DNA of 64,000 bases from Flavobacteriaceae bacterium (GTDB lineage Bacteria; Bacteroidota; Bacteroidia; Flavobacteriales; Flavobacteriaceae): NCBI GenBank assembly GCA_045562345.1, contig JBJKVZ010000026.1:23820-87819 (forward strand). The letters run 5' to 3'. The notes under the pieces are model-generated. The model did not search any database, had not been told where the DNA came from, and was given only the letters and a program-made list of their open reading frames with translations. The position numbers and the translations under genes are program-made. This document shows positions 8,979 to 20,199 of this stretch, piece after piece; the first letter of the stretch is position 1, and each line of letters opens with the position of its first letter.

Positions 8979-11354
8979 ATGAAAAAAATATTACAAATTT
9001 TTCTATTTTTTTTTATTACTAGCTGTACTCAAGTAGGTAAAGAAAATAAGAGCCTAGTTGATTTAATTCCAACAGATCCAATACTTGTACTAAAGTATAA
9101 TTCACAAAAAGAAATTAATGCTCAATCCTTTGACAATTTTTTAAATAAATTTTTGGGATTAGAATCCGAAAGTTTCCAGAATAAAGATGTTGGTGGTATA
9201 GTTGTTAAAAGCTTTCATAAGCTTGGAAAAAATGATATTTATTCAATTTTATTTTCAGAAAATAAAAATATTGATCAAGAAATAGCTGCAATTGATTCAA
9301 TTAATTATAACGGACATTTCATAAAAAAATCTATTATAAATAAAAAAGAAAATTTCTATGTAGTTAAAAATGGAATGTACATTGAATCAAAAAGCAAGTT
9401 ATTAATTGAGAACTCTTTAAGAAACTCAAATTTTGTTAATACAAATAAGGATAAAGATTTAAAAAAATTATTTGAAGTTGCCAATAATGATTTTTCAATG
9501 TTCATTTCCAATAATTTTTCGAATTATTTAGATAATGAAAATTTGAAAAATATATTTGATATTTCTGAAATTGCAAATTGGATTCAATTTGACATTAATT
9601 TAAATCAAAACAAATTAATTTTAAGCGGAATTGGTTTTCAACAAGATTCTATTAATAGAAAATTTAATCTGTTAAAGAAAATTAGTCCTTCAAAATTAAA
9701 TTTTGAAGAAATCATACCAACTAGCTTTAAGAATTTCCAAAAAATCTCATATAATCATTTGAATTATATTTCTAATTTAAATACTGAAATTCCTATAAAT
9801 AACATAAAAGAAATTATTAATGATTCTTTGTATTACGATGTAAAAGAAATTGGCAATTTATCATTAGCTAATAATACATTGACATTATTTAGTTTGAAAA
9901 AAAGTGATTTTTTTAAAAAAAGAATCAATAAACTTTTAAAGTCTGTTTCTGTTTATCGCAATTTTAATTTATATGAGATAAATGATAAATTATTTAAAAC
10001 AAAAAACCAGTTTTTTAACATTGACAACTCTGAACAACAGTTTTGTGTATTTATAAATAACTTTTTTATACTTTCAAACAACAAAACATCTATCGAAACC
10101 CTCATTTTAAATTATACAAATTCATCAACAATAAAAAACTCTAAAGACTTTCAAAACAGTTACATAAACATTCCTGAAAATAGTAATTTTTTAAATATTT
10201 ACGATTTAAAAAACTTTGATGATAAACTGTTTGATGAATTAAAAATTAAAAAAGAGAGATATAGTTTTTGGATAAATCATATGCTAATTGAAGATGGACT
10301 GATTTATAATAACCATAGTATAATAAAATCTCCAAATGAATCAAATAATCTAGGTCCAAAAATTTTATTCAATTTGAAACTTAATGACGAAATTTATCTC
10401 AATCCTATTTGGGTCACCAACTATGTAACCAAAAAAAAAGAGATTATAACTCAGGACAAATCAAACAATCTTTACCTAATCAACAGTCAGGGTAATATCA
10501 TTTGGAAAAAAGATTTAAATGAAAAAATTATTGGACAAATCTTTCAAATTGATTTATATAAAAACGGAAGGCTTCAGTATGCATTTACCACAGAAAAAAA
10601 TTTTTTAATATTAGATAAAAACGGTAATGAAGTCAAAAAAGTTAAACATAAAAAAAATGCTAAAGTTGTAGGTTTATCTGTTTTTGATTATGATAAAATC
10701 AAAAACTATAGATTTTTAATTGCATTTAAGGATGAAATAAAAATGTTAGATTCAAAGATGAAGATTGTTAAAGGATTTAATAAAAAAAATATTAAAAGTA
10801 ATATAACTAAGGTCCCAAAACATTTTAGAGTTGGTTCAAAAGATTATTTAGTTATTAATACCGAAAAAAAATTATACATATTAGACAGAAGAGGTAATAA
10901 AAGAATTGATGTTTCTCAAAACTTAAAAATATCTAACTCTGAAATTTTTCTTAATAAAAACTCATTTATTGCTCTAAAAAATAATACATTAATTAAAATA
11001 AACACAAACGGTGAGATATCAAAAACTGTTTTACCAATAGAAACGGAATATAAAATAAATTCCAATAATAAAAATTTAGTTCTAATTGGTGAAAATATAA
11101 TTGACATTAATGGTCAAAATTTTAAAGTAAACTATGGATCTTATTCCAAACCTAAAATATCATTTGATAAATTTATATATACTGTAAACCAAAATGAAAA
11201 TAAATTATACCTTTTCGATGATAAAGCTTCACTAAATTCTTATTTCCCTTTATATGGTTCAGGAAATGCTGATATCACAAAAAACAAGAATAATAAATAT
11301 ATGATTGTTGTTGGTGGAGATAAAAATGAAATCCTTGCTTATGAATTAAATTAA
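8979..11354 (+). CDS. hypothetical lipoprotein with repeat-rich (beta-propeller-like) C-terminal half
   Basis: 791 aa. It has a lipoprotein signal MKKILQIFLFFFITSC. The C-terminal ~330 aa carries recurring L-Y/F-L/I-I/L-D/N-x-x-G-N motifs (NLYLINSQGN, NFLILDKNGN, KLYILDRRGN, KLYLFDDKAS). No catalytic motif recognised. Confidence 0.6.
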   Translation: MKKILQIFLFFFITSCTQVGKENKSLVDLIPTDPILVLKYNSQKEINAQSFDNFLNKFLGLESESFQNKDVGGIVVKSFHKLGKNDIYSILFSENKNIDQEIAAIDSINYNGHFIKKSIINKKENFYVVKNGMYIESKSKLLIENSLRNSNFVNTNKDKDLKKLFEVANNDFSMFISNNFSNYLDNENLKNIFDISEIANWIQFDINLNQNKLILSGIGFQQDSINRKFNLLKKISPSKLNFEEIIPTSFKNFQKISYNHLNYISNLNTEIPINNIKEIINDSLYYDVKEIGNLSLANNTLTLFSLKKSDFFKKRINKLLKSVSVYRNFNLYEINDKLFKTKNQFFNIDNSEQQFCVFINNFFILSNNKTSIETLILNYTNSSTIKNSKDFQNSYINIPENSNFLNIYDLKNFDDKLFDELKIKKERYSFWINHMLIEDGLIYNNHSIIKSPNESNNLGPKILFNLKLNDEIYLNPIWVTNYVTKKKEIITQDKSNNLYLINSQGNIIWKKDLNEKIIGQIFQIDLYKNGRLQYAFTTEKNFLILDKNGNEVKKVKHKKNAKVVGLSVFDYDKIKNYRFLIAFKDEIKMLDSKMKIVKGFNKKNIKSNITKVPKHFRVGSKDYLVINTEKKLYILDRRGNKRIDVSQNLKISNSEIFLNKNSFIALKNNTLIKINTNGEISKTVLPIETEYKINSNNKNLVLIGENIIDINGQNFKVNYGSYSKPKISFDKFIYTVNQNENKLYLFDDKASLNSYFPLYGSGNADITKNKNNKYMIVVGGDKNEILAYELN

Positions 11355-12046
11355 TTTAATTCAGCAGAAAATACATTTAAAAAATTTTTAATTATTTTTT
11401 TTTTGACTAACGTCAAATCAACAGGATTTTTACATTCTTTTGAGATTGATGTTATAAATTTATTCTCGATACCACATGGAATAATATTTTTAAAAAAATC
11501 TAGGTTTGTGTTGACATTCAAAGCTAAACCATGCATTGTTACCCATCTGCTTGCTTTAACACCCATGGCACAAATTTTTCTTGGATTTAATGTTGTTGGA
11601 TCAATCCAAACTCCTGTTTCCTTATCACTTCTCTGCCCTACTATATTATAGTCTTTTAGAGTAAGAATTACGGTTTCTTCCAATGATCTTAAATATCTAT
11701 TTATATCTGTAAAAAAATTGTCTAAATCTATAATGGGGTAACAGACAACTTGTCCTGGACCATGGTATGTTATGTCTCCTCCTCTATTAGTTTTATGAAA
11801 CTCTATTTTATTTTTCTTTAAATTCTCCTCACTAATTAAAAGATTTTTCAAATTACCACTTTTTCCAAGTGTATAAACATTTTTATGCTCCACAAAAACT
11901 AAATGATTTTTTGTTTCTAATTCTTGTTTGTTTTTTCTGTTACTAATTTTTCTTTCAATAATTTCATTAAAAAGACTTAGTTGATAGTCATAAGTTTCTT
12001 GATATCCTTTAAGACCTAAATCATGTATTTCAATCTTCTTATTCAT
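11351..12046 (-). CDS. lipB: lipoyl(octanoyl) transferase
   Basis: 231 aa with the RGGDITYHGPGQ motif and a conserved C-terminal Cys region (NIIPCGI). Confidence 0.92.
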   Translation of the reverse strand: MNKKIEIHDLGLKGYQETYDYQLSLFNEIIERKISNRKNKQELETKNHLVFVEHKNVYTLGKSGNLKNLLISEENLKKNKIEFHKTNRGGDITYHGPGQVVCYPIIDLDNFFTDINRYLRSLEETVILTLKDYNIVGQRSDKETGVWIDPTTLNPRKICAMGVKASRWVTMHGLALNVNTNLDFFKNIIPCGIENKFITSISKECKNPVDLTLVKKKIIKNFLNVFSAELN

Positions 12047-12050
12047 AAAA

Positions 12051-12209
12051 TTATTTATTGGGATTGTTTAATATAACTAGAGCAGCGATCACACCAGGAA
12101 CCCAACCACATAAAGTTAATATAAAGACTATCAATATGGAACCACACCCTTTATCAAATACTGATAAAGGTGGAAATAAAATTGATAATAGTACTCTCCA
12201 AAAACTCAA
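12051..12209 (-). CDS. YqaE/Pmp3 (UPF0057) family small membrane proteolipid, TTG start
   Basis: My translation is (M)SFWRVLLSILFPPLSVFDKGCGSILIVFILTLCGWVPGVIAALVILNNPNK*, 52 codons. It closely parallels E. coli YqaE (MGFWRIV...LPPLGV...LLTLLGYIPG). No in-frame ATG lies upstream before the stop at 12258..12260. It ends 4 nt before the lipB start. It is below the ORF-track length cutoff. Confidence 0.8.
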   Translation of the reverse strand: MSFWRVLLSILFPPLSVFDKGCGSILIVFILTLCGWVPGVIAALVILNNPNK

Positions 12210-12301
12210 TTTATAAATTTTGAACAAATATATATAAGTATATATATAATAACTTGGTTATTCTAATGTTCTATTGTTTATCTTTGAATTAAAACTATTA
12301 A

Positions 12302-13992
12302 ATGCTTTCAGAGCAAGAAATTATAAGAAGAGAAAAATTAAAACAACTGAGGGAATATGGGATCAATCCATATCCGCCTGAATTATTTAAAATTTCAATT
12401 ACAACAAAAGAAATTAATTCTAATTACAAAGAAGATAAGAAAGTTTCGATTGCAGGAAGGTTAATGTCACGAAGAATACAAGGAAAAGCTAGTTTTGCTG
12501 AGCTTTTAGATAGTCATGGAAAAATTCAATTGTATTTCAACCGTGATGAAATTTGTGATGGAGAGGATAAATCTTTATATAATGATGTTTATAAAAAACT
12601 ACTGGATATTGGTGATATAATAGGTGTCGAAGGTTTGCTATTTAAAACTCAAGTTGGAGAGAAAACTATTTTAGTTAAAAAATTTGTTGTATTAAGCAAA
12701 TCTTTACGACCACTACCTTTGCCCAAAACTGACTCCGATGGCAAAACGTATGATGAATTTAATGATCCTGAACAAAGATACAGGCAAAGATATGTTGATT
12801 TAATTGTAAATCCTGATGTTAGAAATACATTTTTAAGAAGGACACAAATAATTAATATAATACGATCATTTTTTAATAAAAAAAATTATTTAGAGGTTGA
12901 AACTCCAATACTTCAGCCAATTCCTGGTGGTGCTGCAGCACGTCCTTTTATAACTCATCACAATTCTTTAAACATCCCCTTATATCTCAGAATTGCAAAT
13001 GAATTGTATTTGAAAAGATTAATTGTTGGTGGATTTGAGGGAGTATATGAATTTGCAAAAGCTTTTAGAAATGAGGGGGAATGGATAGGTCTCATAACCC
13101 TGAATTTACAATGGTGGAGCTTTATGTTGCCTATAAAGATTATTTGTGGATGATGAATGCTACTGAAAATTTAATTGAGAGTATTGCTTTAGAACTAAAT
13201 AATACAACTGAATTAGAAATTGAAGGCAAAAAAATCAGTTTAAAGACACCTTATAAAAGAATTGCCATTTTAGATTCGATAAAGGAACATACGGGAATTG
13301 ATGTATCAAATTTTGATGAAAAAAAGATGTTCGAAACTGCAAAAAACTTAGGAATAGAAGTTGATAAAACGATGGGAATTGGAAAATTAATTGATCAAAT
13401 ATTTGGAGAAAAATGTGAACATCATTATGTAGAGCCGACATTTATTACTGATTATCCAAAAGAAATGAGTCCTTTAACCAAAGAACATAGGAACAACCCA
13501 AAACTAACTGAAAGGTTTGAACTCTTAATAAACGGTAAAGAAATTGCAAATGCTTATTCAGAGTTAAATGATCCAATTGACCAACTGCAAAGATTTGAGG
13601 ATCAATTAAAACTTTCTGAGAAAGGTGATGATGAGGCAATGTTTATAGATAATGATTTTATAAGAGCTCTTGAATACGGGATGCCTCCAACATCTGGCAT
13701 TGGTATAGGCATTGATAGGTTAGTGATGCTTTTTACAAACAATGTTTCAATTCAAGAGGTATTATTTTTCCCACAAATGAAACCGGAAAGAAAAGGAATT
13801 GAGTTGAATGAGGAAGAGAAAAATTTAATTAAATTCATTAAACATAACTCCCCTGTTGAATTATCATTAGCTAAATCAGAATCAGGATTATCAAATAAAA
13901 AATGGGATAAAACAATTAAAAGTTTAACAAAACATAAACTTGCTTCTGTCCAAAAAATAAATAATAAATTCATGATTGAAATTATTGAGTAA
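12302..13992 (+). pseudogene. lysS: lysine--tRNA ligase (class II), reading frame broken at 13079..13080; probably a sequencing artefact
   Basis: ORFs 12302..13153 and 13081..13992 are the N- and C-terminal parts of one LysRS. Frame 1 reads ...AKAFRNEG up to 13078. Frame 2 continues [21 protein letters not shown] from 13081. Two nt (GA) interrupt the conserved FRNEG-MDRxHNPEF block. Confidence 0.9.
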
Positions 13993-14000
13993 ATGAGACT

Positions 14001-14036
14001 AAAACATACCTTTTAGTATGTTTTTATCGTTTTTTC
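14001..14036 (+). terminator. rho-independent terminator downstream of lysS
   Basis: Stem AAAACATAC (14001..14009) pairs with GTATGTTTT (14016..14024) over a 6-nt loop. T-rich tract TTTTTATCGTTTTTT follows. Confidence 0.6.
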
Positions 14037-14109
14037 TCAATATTATATATCGATTTCACAAAAATTTTATTATTCTTTTAATATATTCGTAATCTAAATT
14101 TTATAGTTT

Positions 14110-16557
14110 ATGAATAAATTATTTTACTTCCCATTGTATCTTATGCTTTTAATTTCATTAGGGATTAACGCACAAAAAAAAGATTCCTCTGAAAAAGACA
14201 AAAAACCAAAGAAAGAAAAAACTTATGAAGACATAATCACTAATGAGGCCATAACAGATAAAGGCTTATTTGACGTTCATAAATTAAAAGATAAATATTA
14301 TTATGAAATTCATGATTCATTAATCGGTAGAGACATGCTTATGGTAACAAGAATTGTTAAGATGGCAACGGAACTCACACTCAATCGACACAAAATGAGT
14401 GAGCAAATATTAAAATGGGAAAAATTTGATAACAATATTTTTTTAAAACAAGCTTCCTATTCAAAATTTGCTAATGATTCTCTTCCTATCAGTATTGCTG
14501 TTTCAAATTCTAATTATGAACCAATAATATCAAGTTTTAAAATTGCTGCTGAGAATAAGAAAAACAACTCTTATTTAATTGATGTTACAAGTTTGTATAA
14601 AAGTGATATAAAAATATTTGGATTTCCACAGTCTTCTAGAAAAGGATTTAAAATAACAAGTTTAGACTCTAAACTCTCATTTATTGAATCCATAAGAAGT
14701 TTTCCCTTAAACATAGAAACAAAACACATAAAAACCTATAAATCATCTAATTCAAGAAATGGTCAAATATCAATGGTTCTAAACAACTCTATGGTATTAT
14801 TGCCAAAAGAGCCCATGAAAAGAAGATATTTTGATCAGAGAGTTGGATGGTTTACCAATAGTCAAATGGATTTTGGTATAGATAATCAGGAAGCAGAAAC
14901 TGTCCGTTACTTACAAAGGTGGAGACTTGAAATTAAAGATGAGGATATTGAGAAGTTTAAAAATGGAGAGTTAGTAGAACCAAAAAAACCTATAGTTTAT
15001 TATATTGATCCTGCAACTCCTGTAAAATGGAGAAAATATTTAAAACAAGGTGTTGAAGATTGGAATGCTGCTTTTGAAGCAGCTGGTTTTAAAAATGCAG
15101 TAATATGTAAAGACCCCCCATCAAAAGAGGAAGACCCTGAATGGAGTCCCGAAGATGTAAGGTATTCAGTTATTAGATATTTAGCTTCTGCTTCTCTTAA
15201 TGCAAATGGACCAAGAGTATCAGATCCAAGATCTGGTGAAATATTTGAGTCTGATATAAATTGGTATCACAATGTGATGAAACTTCTAAGAAATTGGTAT
15301 TTTGTTCAAACCGCTGCTGTTAATCCAGAAGCAAGAGGAGTAGAGTTTAAAAATGAGGTCATGGGAGAACTTATCAGGTTTGTTTCATCCCATGAATTCG
15401 GCCATACAATAGGCCTTCCACATAACATGGGTAGCAGTAGTGCATATCCTGTTGACTCTTTAAGGTCTGCAACTTTTACCAAAAAGTATGGAACTTCTCC
15501 CTCCATTATGGACTATGCGAGATTTAATTATGTAGCTCAACCTGAAGATGATGACGTAGCATTAATGCCATCTGAATGGAATACGCCGAACGTTGGAATA
15601 TATGATATCTATTCTGTAAAGTGGGGATATAAACCAATTTTTGATGTTGATGAGAAGCAGGAAAAATTAATTCTTCAAAGTTGGATAACTGAAAAAGCAG
15701 ATGATTTAAAATATAGATTTGGAAGTTCTGGAATTGATCCAAGTTCACAAACGGAAGATTTAGGTGACAATTCTGTAAAAGCCAGTGAATATGGTATAGC
15801 AAATCTAAAAAGAATAATGCCAAAACTTATTGATTGGACAACTGAAGATGGCAAAACATATAATGAATTAGGATACATGTATAGACAGGTTTTAAGTCAA
15901 TTTGGAAGATATATGGGACATGTGTCAAATAATATTGGAGGGATTTATCAATATTATAAAACGGCAGATCAAGAAGGTGCTGTTTATACTCACGTAAATA
16001 AATCACATCAACAAAATTGTATGAATTTTTTACATGATCAACTTTTTCAAACTCCAACTTGGATGATAAACAAAAATATTTTAAATAAAATTGAGTTTGC
16101 AGGAATAACCAATAGGATAAGAAGCACTCAATCTAGAACTTTGAATAGCCTACTGGATTTTGGTAAAATGGCCAGGTTAATTGAAAATGAAGCTATAAAC
16201 GGAAAAAATGCTTATTCTTTAATAAAAATGATGACTGATTTAAGAAAAGGTATTTTTAAAGAAGTTTATAAAAAAGAAAATATAGATGTTTATAGAAGAA
16301 ATCTTCAACTTGCTTATTTAGATAGAATAAATTTTTTAATGAACAATGAACAAGGTTCAACTCCCTCTTGGGCAAGAAATTATGTGACTAGCGTAAAAGT
16401 GAGCCAATCTGATATTAGAACTGTGGCAGCCAATCAATTGATAGAATTAAAAAAAGATTTGAAAAAGTATAAAAACAAATCAGATGAGATGACTTCAATG
16501 CATATTGAAATGGTTAAAAATAAAATATCTAATATATTAAATGGTAAGCCCATTTAA
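14110..16557 (+). CDS. secreted zinc-dependent metalloprotease (large Bacteroidota DUF5117/5118-type)
   Basis: 815 aa with a signal peptide and the zincin motif [12 protein letters not shown]. Confidence 0.8.
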   Translation: MNKLFYFPLYLMLLISLGINAQKKDSSEKDKKPKKEKTYEDIITNEAITDKGLFDVHKLKDKYYYEIHDSLIGRDMLMVTRIVKMATELTLNRHKMSEQILKWEKFDNNIFLKQASYSKFANDSLPISIAVSNSNYEPIISSFKIAAENKKNNSYLIDVTSLYKSDIKIFGFPQSSRKGFKITSLDSKLSFIESIRSFPLNIETKHIKTYKSSNSRNGQISMVLNNSMVLLPKEPMKRRYFDQRVGWFTNSQMDFGIDNQEAETVRYLQRWRLEIKDEDIEKFKNGELVEPKKPIVYYIDPATPVKWRKYLKQGVEDWNAAFEAAGFKNAVICKDPPSKEEDPEWSPEDVRYSVIRYLASASLNANGPRVSDPRSGEIFESDINWYHNVMKLLRNWYFVQTAAVNPEARGVEFKNEVMGELIRFVSSHEFGHTIGLPHNMGSSSAYPVDSLRSATFTKKYGTSPSIMDYARFNYVAQPEDDDVALMPSEWNTPNVGIYDIYSVKWGYKPIFDVDEKQEKLILQSWITEKADDLKYRFGSSGIDPSSQTEDLGDNSVKASEYGIANLKRIMPKLIDWTTEDGKTYNELGYMYRQVLSQFGRYMGHVSNNIGGIYQYYKTADQEGAVYTHVNKSHQQNCMNFLHDQLFQTPTWMINKNILNKIEFAGITNRIRSTQSRTLNSLLDFGKMARLIENEAINGKNAYSLIKMMTDLRKGIFKEVYKKENIDVYRRNLQLAYLDRINFLMNNEQGSTPSWARNYVTSVKVSQSDIRTVAANQLIELKKDLKKYKNKSDEMTSMHIEMVKNKISNILNGKPI

Positions 16558-17840
16558 ATCAATTTTACAACCTTTTTTAGTGCATTTAAAGTAAAATCTA
16601 TATCGTTAAAAGACAAAGCATCATTTAAGAAATAGCTTTCAAATGCACTTGGGGGAAGATAAATTCCTTCTTTTAACATTCCATGAAAATATTTTTTAAA
16701 CTTTTTGTTATTTCCTTTTTGAGCTGTTTTGAAATTAGTTACATCAACTGATGTAAAATGAAGAGAAATCATTGAACCTAATTTGTTAATTCTGTAGTCA
16801 ATTGAAGATTCATTTAGTATCTTTCTCATGCCTTGTTCTAAATATGTTGTTTTTTTATCTAAACTCTCGTAAATACTAGTATTATTTTTTAACTCTAATA
16901 AAGTTGCTAACCCAGCTGACATAGCGAGAGGGTTTCCGCTTAAAGTACCAGCCTGATAAACAGACCCATCTGGGGACAATTCTTTCATAATTAAATTTGA
17001 TGAAGCAAAAGCGCCTACTGGTAATCCCCCACCAATTACTTTTCCATAGGTGACAATATCAGCCTTAACACCTAGAAGCTCTTGTGCACCTCCCTGTGCT
17101 AATCTAAACCCAGTCATAACTTCATCAAAAATCAAAAGAATATCATTTTTATCGCACAAAACTCTCAATCCTTCAATAAAACCGTTCATTGGTGCTATAC
17201 AGCCCATATTTCCAGCGATAGGTTCGATAATTATAGCAGCTACATGTCCACTATTTCTTTTTACAAGTTTTTCAACATATTTTAAATCATTAAATGGTGC
17301 GATCAAGGTATCTTTAGCTGTACCTTGAGTTACACCGGGACTATTGGGGGTTCCAAATGTAACCACTCCACTGCCAGCTTGTATCAAAAATGAGTCTGAA
17401 TGACCGTGATAGCAACCTGAAAATTTAATTATTTTATCTTTTTTAGTAAATCCTCTAGCAAGTCTAATAGCACTCATACATGCTTCTGTTCCTGAATTCA
17501 CAAACCTTATTTTATCTAAGCCTGGTAACATTGATAATGCTAATTGTGCAAGTTCTGTTTCCTTTGATGTTGGCATTCCGAACGATGTGCCTTTTTTTGC
17601 TGTTTCTGAAATTGCATCAATAACATTATTATGAGCATGACCCAGTATCATTGGACCCCATGACGAAATATAATCTATATACTTATTCCCATCTTCATCA
17701 TACAAGTAAGCACCTTTTGCTTTGGAGGCAAAAATTGGAGTTCCTCCAACTGACTTAAATGCTCTAACAGGAGAGTTAACTCCACCAGGAATATAATTTT
17801 TAGCAACTTTAAATAATTCACTACTTCTTTTATAAATCAT
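16554..17840 (-). CDS. hemL: glutamate-1-semialdehyde 2,1-aminomutase
   Basis: 428 aa. It has the N-terminal [11 protein letters not shown] motif, SWGPMILGH, and the PLP-lysine region [14 protein letters not shown]. Confidence 0.93.
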   Translation of the reverse strand: MIYKRSSELFKVAKNYIPGGVNSPVRAFKSVGGTPIFASKAKGAYLYDEDGNKYIDYISSWGPMILGHAHNNVIDAISETAKKGTSFGMPTSKETELAQLALSMLPGLDKIRFVNSGTEACMSAIRLARGFTKKDKIIKFSGCYHGHSDSFLIQAGSGVVTFGTPNSPGVTQGTAKDTLIAPFNDLKYVEKLVKRNSGHVAAIIIEPIAGNMGCIAPMNGFIEGLRVLCDKNDILLIFDEVMTGFRLAQGGAQELLGVKADIVTYGKVIGGGLPVGAFASSNLIMKELSPDGSVYQAGTLSGNPLAMSAGLATLLELKNNTSIYESLDKKTTYLEQGMRKILNESSIDYRINKLGSMISLHFTSVDVTNFKTAQKGNNKKFKKYFHGMLKEGIYLPPSAFESYFLNDALSFNDIDFTLNALKKVVKLI

Positions 17841-17847
17841 TCCTTTT

Positions 17848-18669
17848 TTAAATTTTTAATGATTGACCTATTGAAATATTATTGTTTTTTATGTTATTAT
17901 TTTTCACTAGTTCTGAAATCGAAATATTATATTTTTTTGAAATCGAGTAGAGAGTATCTCCTTTTTTTACAACGTGAATAGTTTGTGATTTTACTTTATT
18001 TTTTAAAATTTGATTAGAGGTTTCCGAGATTTGTTTTTTTGACAATTTTCTTTCTTTTGATTTATTCAATGGTTTTTTTGATCCATCTAGTTTCCAAAGT
18101 TCATATCTGTTAATTAGTGAAATTAACTTTTCAGCATATTTTGGGTCAGTGGCATATCCTGCTTTTTTTAATCCATTCGCCCACTTAACATAATTTTTTT
18201 TACTGTACTTAAACAAAAAATTATACCTACTTCTTGACTCAAGAAAAATAGAGTGATCTCTATAAGATTTTTCAGGGTTTTTATATTTTCTGAAACACTC
18301 TCCCCTTAGATCATCATCATGATATACTTTCTTTCCTTTCCAACCCTTATGACATTTAATTCCAAAATGATTATTTGATTTTAAGGCCAACGTTCCTTTT
18401 CCAGAACTTGATTCTAAAATTCCTTGTGCCATGGTTATACTAGCAGGAATTCCATATTTCTTCATTTCGTCAATTGCAATTTTTGAATAAGTATTTACAT
18501 ACCAATGTGTTCGCTCTTCACTTGTCATAGACTCAAAAAAACGGTTTATAGATTTTTGTGATTTATTTTTAATTTTTTTTGGATTTTTAATCTTGTAAGA
18601 AAGCTTATTTGATCCACAAGAACTTAAACTGATAATAAAAATAAATACTAATAATCGATAGTTAGACAT
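17848..18669 (-). CDS. glucosaminidase (GH73/FlgJ-like) with C-terminal LysM domain, lipoprotein
   Basis: 273 aa. It has the signal [12 protein letters not shown], a glucosaminidase core ([28 protein letters not shown]) and a LysM domain ([27 protein letters not shown]). Confidence 0.85.
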   Translation of the reverse strand: MSNYRLLVFIFIISLSSCGSNKLSYKIKNPKKIKNKSQKSINRFFESMTSEERTHWYVNTYSKIAIDEMKKYGIPASITMAQGILESSSGKGTLALKSNNHFGIKCHKGWKGKKVYHDDDLRGECFRKYKNPEKSYRDHSIFLESRSRYNFLFKYSKKNYVKWANGLKKAGYATDPKYAEKLISLINRYELWKLDGSKKPLNKSKERKLSKKQISETSNQILKNKVKSQTIHVVKKGDTLYSISKKYNISISELVKNNNIKNNNISIGQSLKI

Positions 18670-19568
18670 CCTTTTTTCTTTAGTTTTAGATTTATATCAT
18701 TTACATAACTTGATCCACCAGTATTTATTAATAAAATTTTCTTGCCAAAATGCCATTTATTTTTTTTTATCATGTCAATTACAGAAAACATCATCTTAGA
18801 ATTATAAATTGGATCTAATATGATTCCATTATTAATATTTACCTCATTAATGAAATTTACCAGTCTTTTATCAACTTTTGCATATCCTCCAAAATTTAAA
18901 TCATCAAACACAAACCATTCTTTATTGTTTACAAATTTAGCTATTACATTTTTTATTTTACTCGATTTTAATGCTGAAAAACCTAAAACTAATTGATTTT
19001 TATTTTTTGAATTTATAATTCCTGAAATAGTACCTCCCGTACCTACAGGACAACAAATCACATCGAAAGCTTTATCAGTATTATTTAGTATTTCCTCACA
19101 TCCTTTAACTCCTAAAATATTGGTCCCTCCCTCAGGAATTATTATTGAGTCTTTAAATTTTTTTTTAATAGATTTTAAATATTTTTCTCCATTCCTTTCT
19201 CTGTATTCATCTCTGGATATAAAAATGAATTTCATTCCATATTTTTTGCATTTTTTTAAATTTGAGTTTAGTTCTTTGTCATTTAACTCATTTCCCCTAA
19301 TTATTCCAAATGTATTGAAACCATTTATATGTCCGGCATAGGAACATGCTAACAAATGATTTGAATAAGCGCCTCCAAAAGTTATTAAACTTTTTTTGTT
19401 ATTATTTTTCAAAAATTCAATGTTGTATTTTAATTTTCTATATTTATTTCCAGATATAATTGGATGAATTTTGTCTTCTCTTTTTAAATAAATTTCAAAA
19501 TCATTTTGATCTAAAATTGGCAATTTAATTCTTTGATTTTCTGAAATGTGTTGGCGGAAAGAAAGCAT
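18648..19568 (-). CDS. PLP-dependent ACC deaminase / D-cysteine desulfhydrase family protein
   Basis: 306 aa with the PLP-lysine motif SGNKYRKL, a GGAYSNH motif and a tryptophan-synthase-beta-like fold pattern. It overlaps the downstream gene start by 22 nt. Confidence 0.8.
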   Translation of the reverse strand: MLSFRQHISENQRIKLPILDQNDFEIYLKREDKIHPIISGNKYRKLKYNIEFLKNNNKKSLITFGGAYSNHLLACSYAGHINGFNTFGIIRGNELNDKELNSNLKKCKKYGMKFIFISRDEYRERNGEKYLKSIKKKFKDSIIIPEGGTNILGVKGCEEILNNTDKAFDVICCPVGTGGTISGIINSKNKNQLVLGFSALKSSKIKNVIAKFVNNKEWFVFDDLNFGGYAKVDKRLVNFINEVNINNGIILDPIYNSKMMFSVIDMIKKNKWHFGKKILLINTGGSSYVNDINLKLKKKGCLTIDY

Positions 19569-19644
19569 TATTTTTTATAACTTTATAAAAATAATATGTT
19601 TTTATTGTTTAGGCACAGTTATTGATCATATTTAAATAAAAATT

Positions 19645-20199
19645 ATGAATAAAATTAAACTTTATACTTTGTTACTAACTTTTGCAACTATTATTTGCAG
19701 TTGTAATTCTATTAGAGTTTACTCTGACTTTGATTCAGAGATTAATTTTGATAATTATAAATCCTTTGCATTTTATAAAAAAGGTATAGATAATGTAGAA
19801 ATTTCGGATATTGATAAAAAAAGAATTTTAAAATCAATCGAAAAAAATTTATCAGTTAAAGGTCTGAATATTAGTGAAAATCCTGATCTTTTAATCAATA
19901 TTTCTACGAAATCCTCAGAAAATATTTACATAGACAATTCATATTACAGTCCTTACTACTCTGGCTGGTACCCATATTACTATGGAAGAAACTATAGAAG
20001 AATTTCTCACACAACTTCAGAAGGTGTATTATACATCGATCTAATTGATACCAAATCTAAGCAGCTTATATGGCAAGGAAAGGGAATTGGATTTTTATCT
20101 TCAAATGGTAAAACCAATAGAGATGAATTAGTTGACAATTATGTATCAAAAATATTATCAGTATTTCCACCTGAAATTGAAACTACTTTAAATCAGTAA
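19645..20199 (+). CDS. DUF4136-family lipoprotein
   Basis: 184 aa. It has a lipoprotein signal (...TIICSC), the typical YSDFD...F..YKSFAF opening and a Y-rich loop. Confidence 0.65.
   Translation: MNKIKLYTLLLTFATIICSCNSIRVYSDFDSEINFDNYKSFAFYKKGIDNVEISDIDKKRILKSIEKNLSVKGLNISENPDLLINISTKSSENIYIDNSYYSPYYSGWYPYYYGRNYRRISHTTSEGVLYIDLIDTKSKQLIWQGKGIGFLSSNGKTNRDELVDNYVSKILSVFPPEIETTLNQ

Noticed and set aside
12229-12248. (TA)n-rich quasi-palindrome in the yqaE/lysS divergent region as a repeat or regulatory element
   Set aside because: It is short, interrupted and typical of AT-rich promoter DNA. There is no second copy or phasing to suggest function.
12302-13992. Treating 12302..13153 and 13081..13992 as separate genes (likewise the uvrA and LOG halves)
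   Set aside because: The pieces are collinear halves of single conserved proteins, and the break falls inside a conserved motif. The second-half 'start codons' are artefacts of ORF calling.
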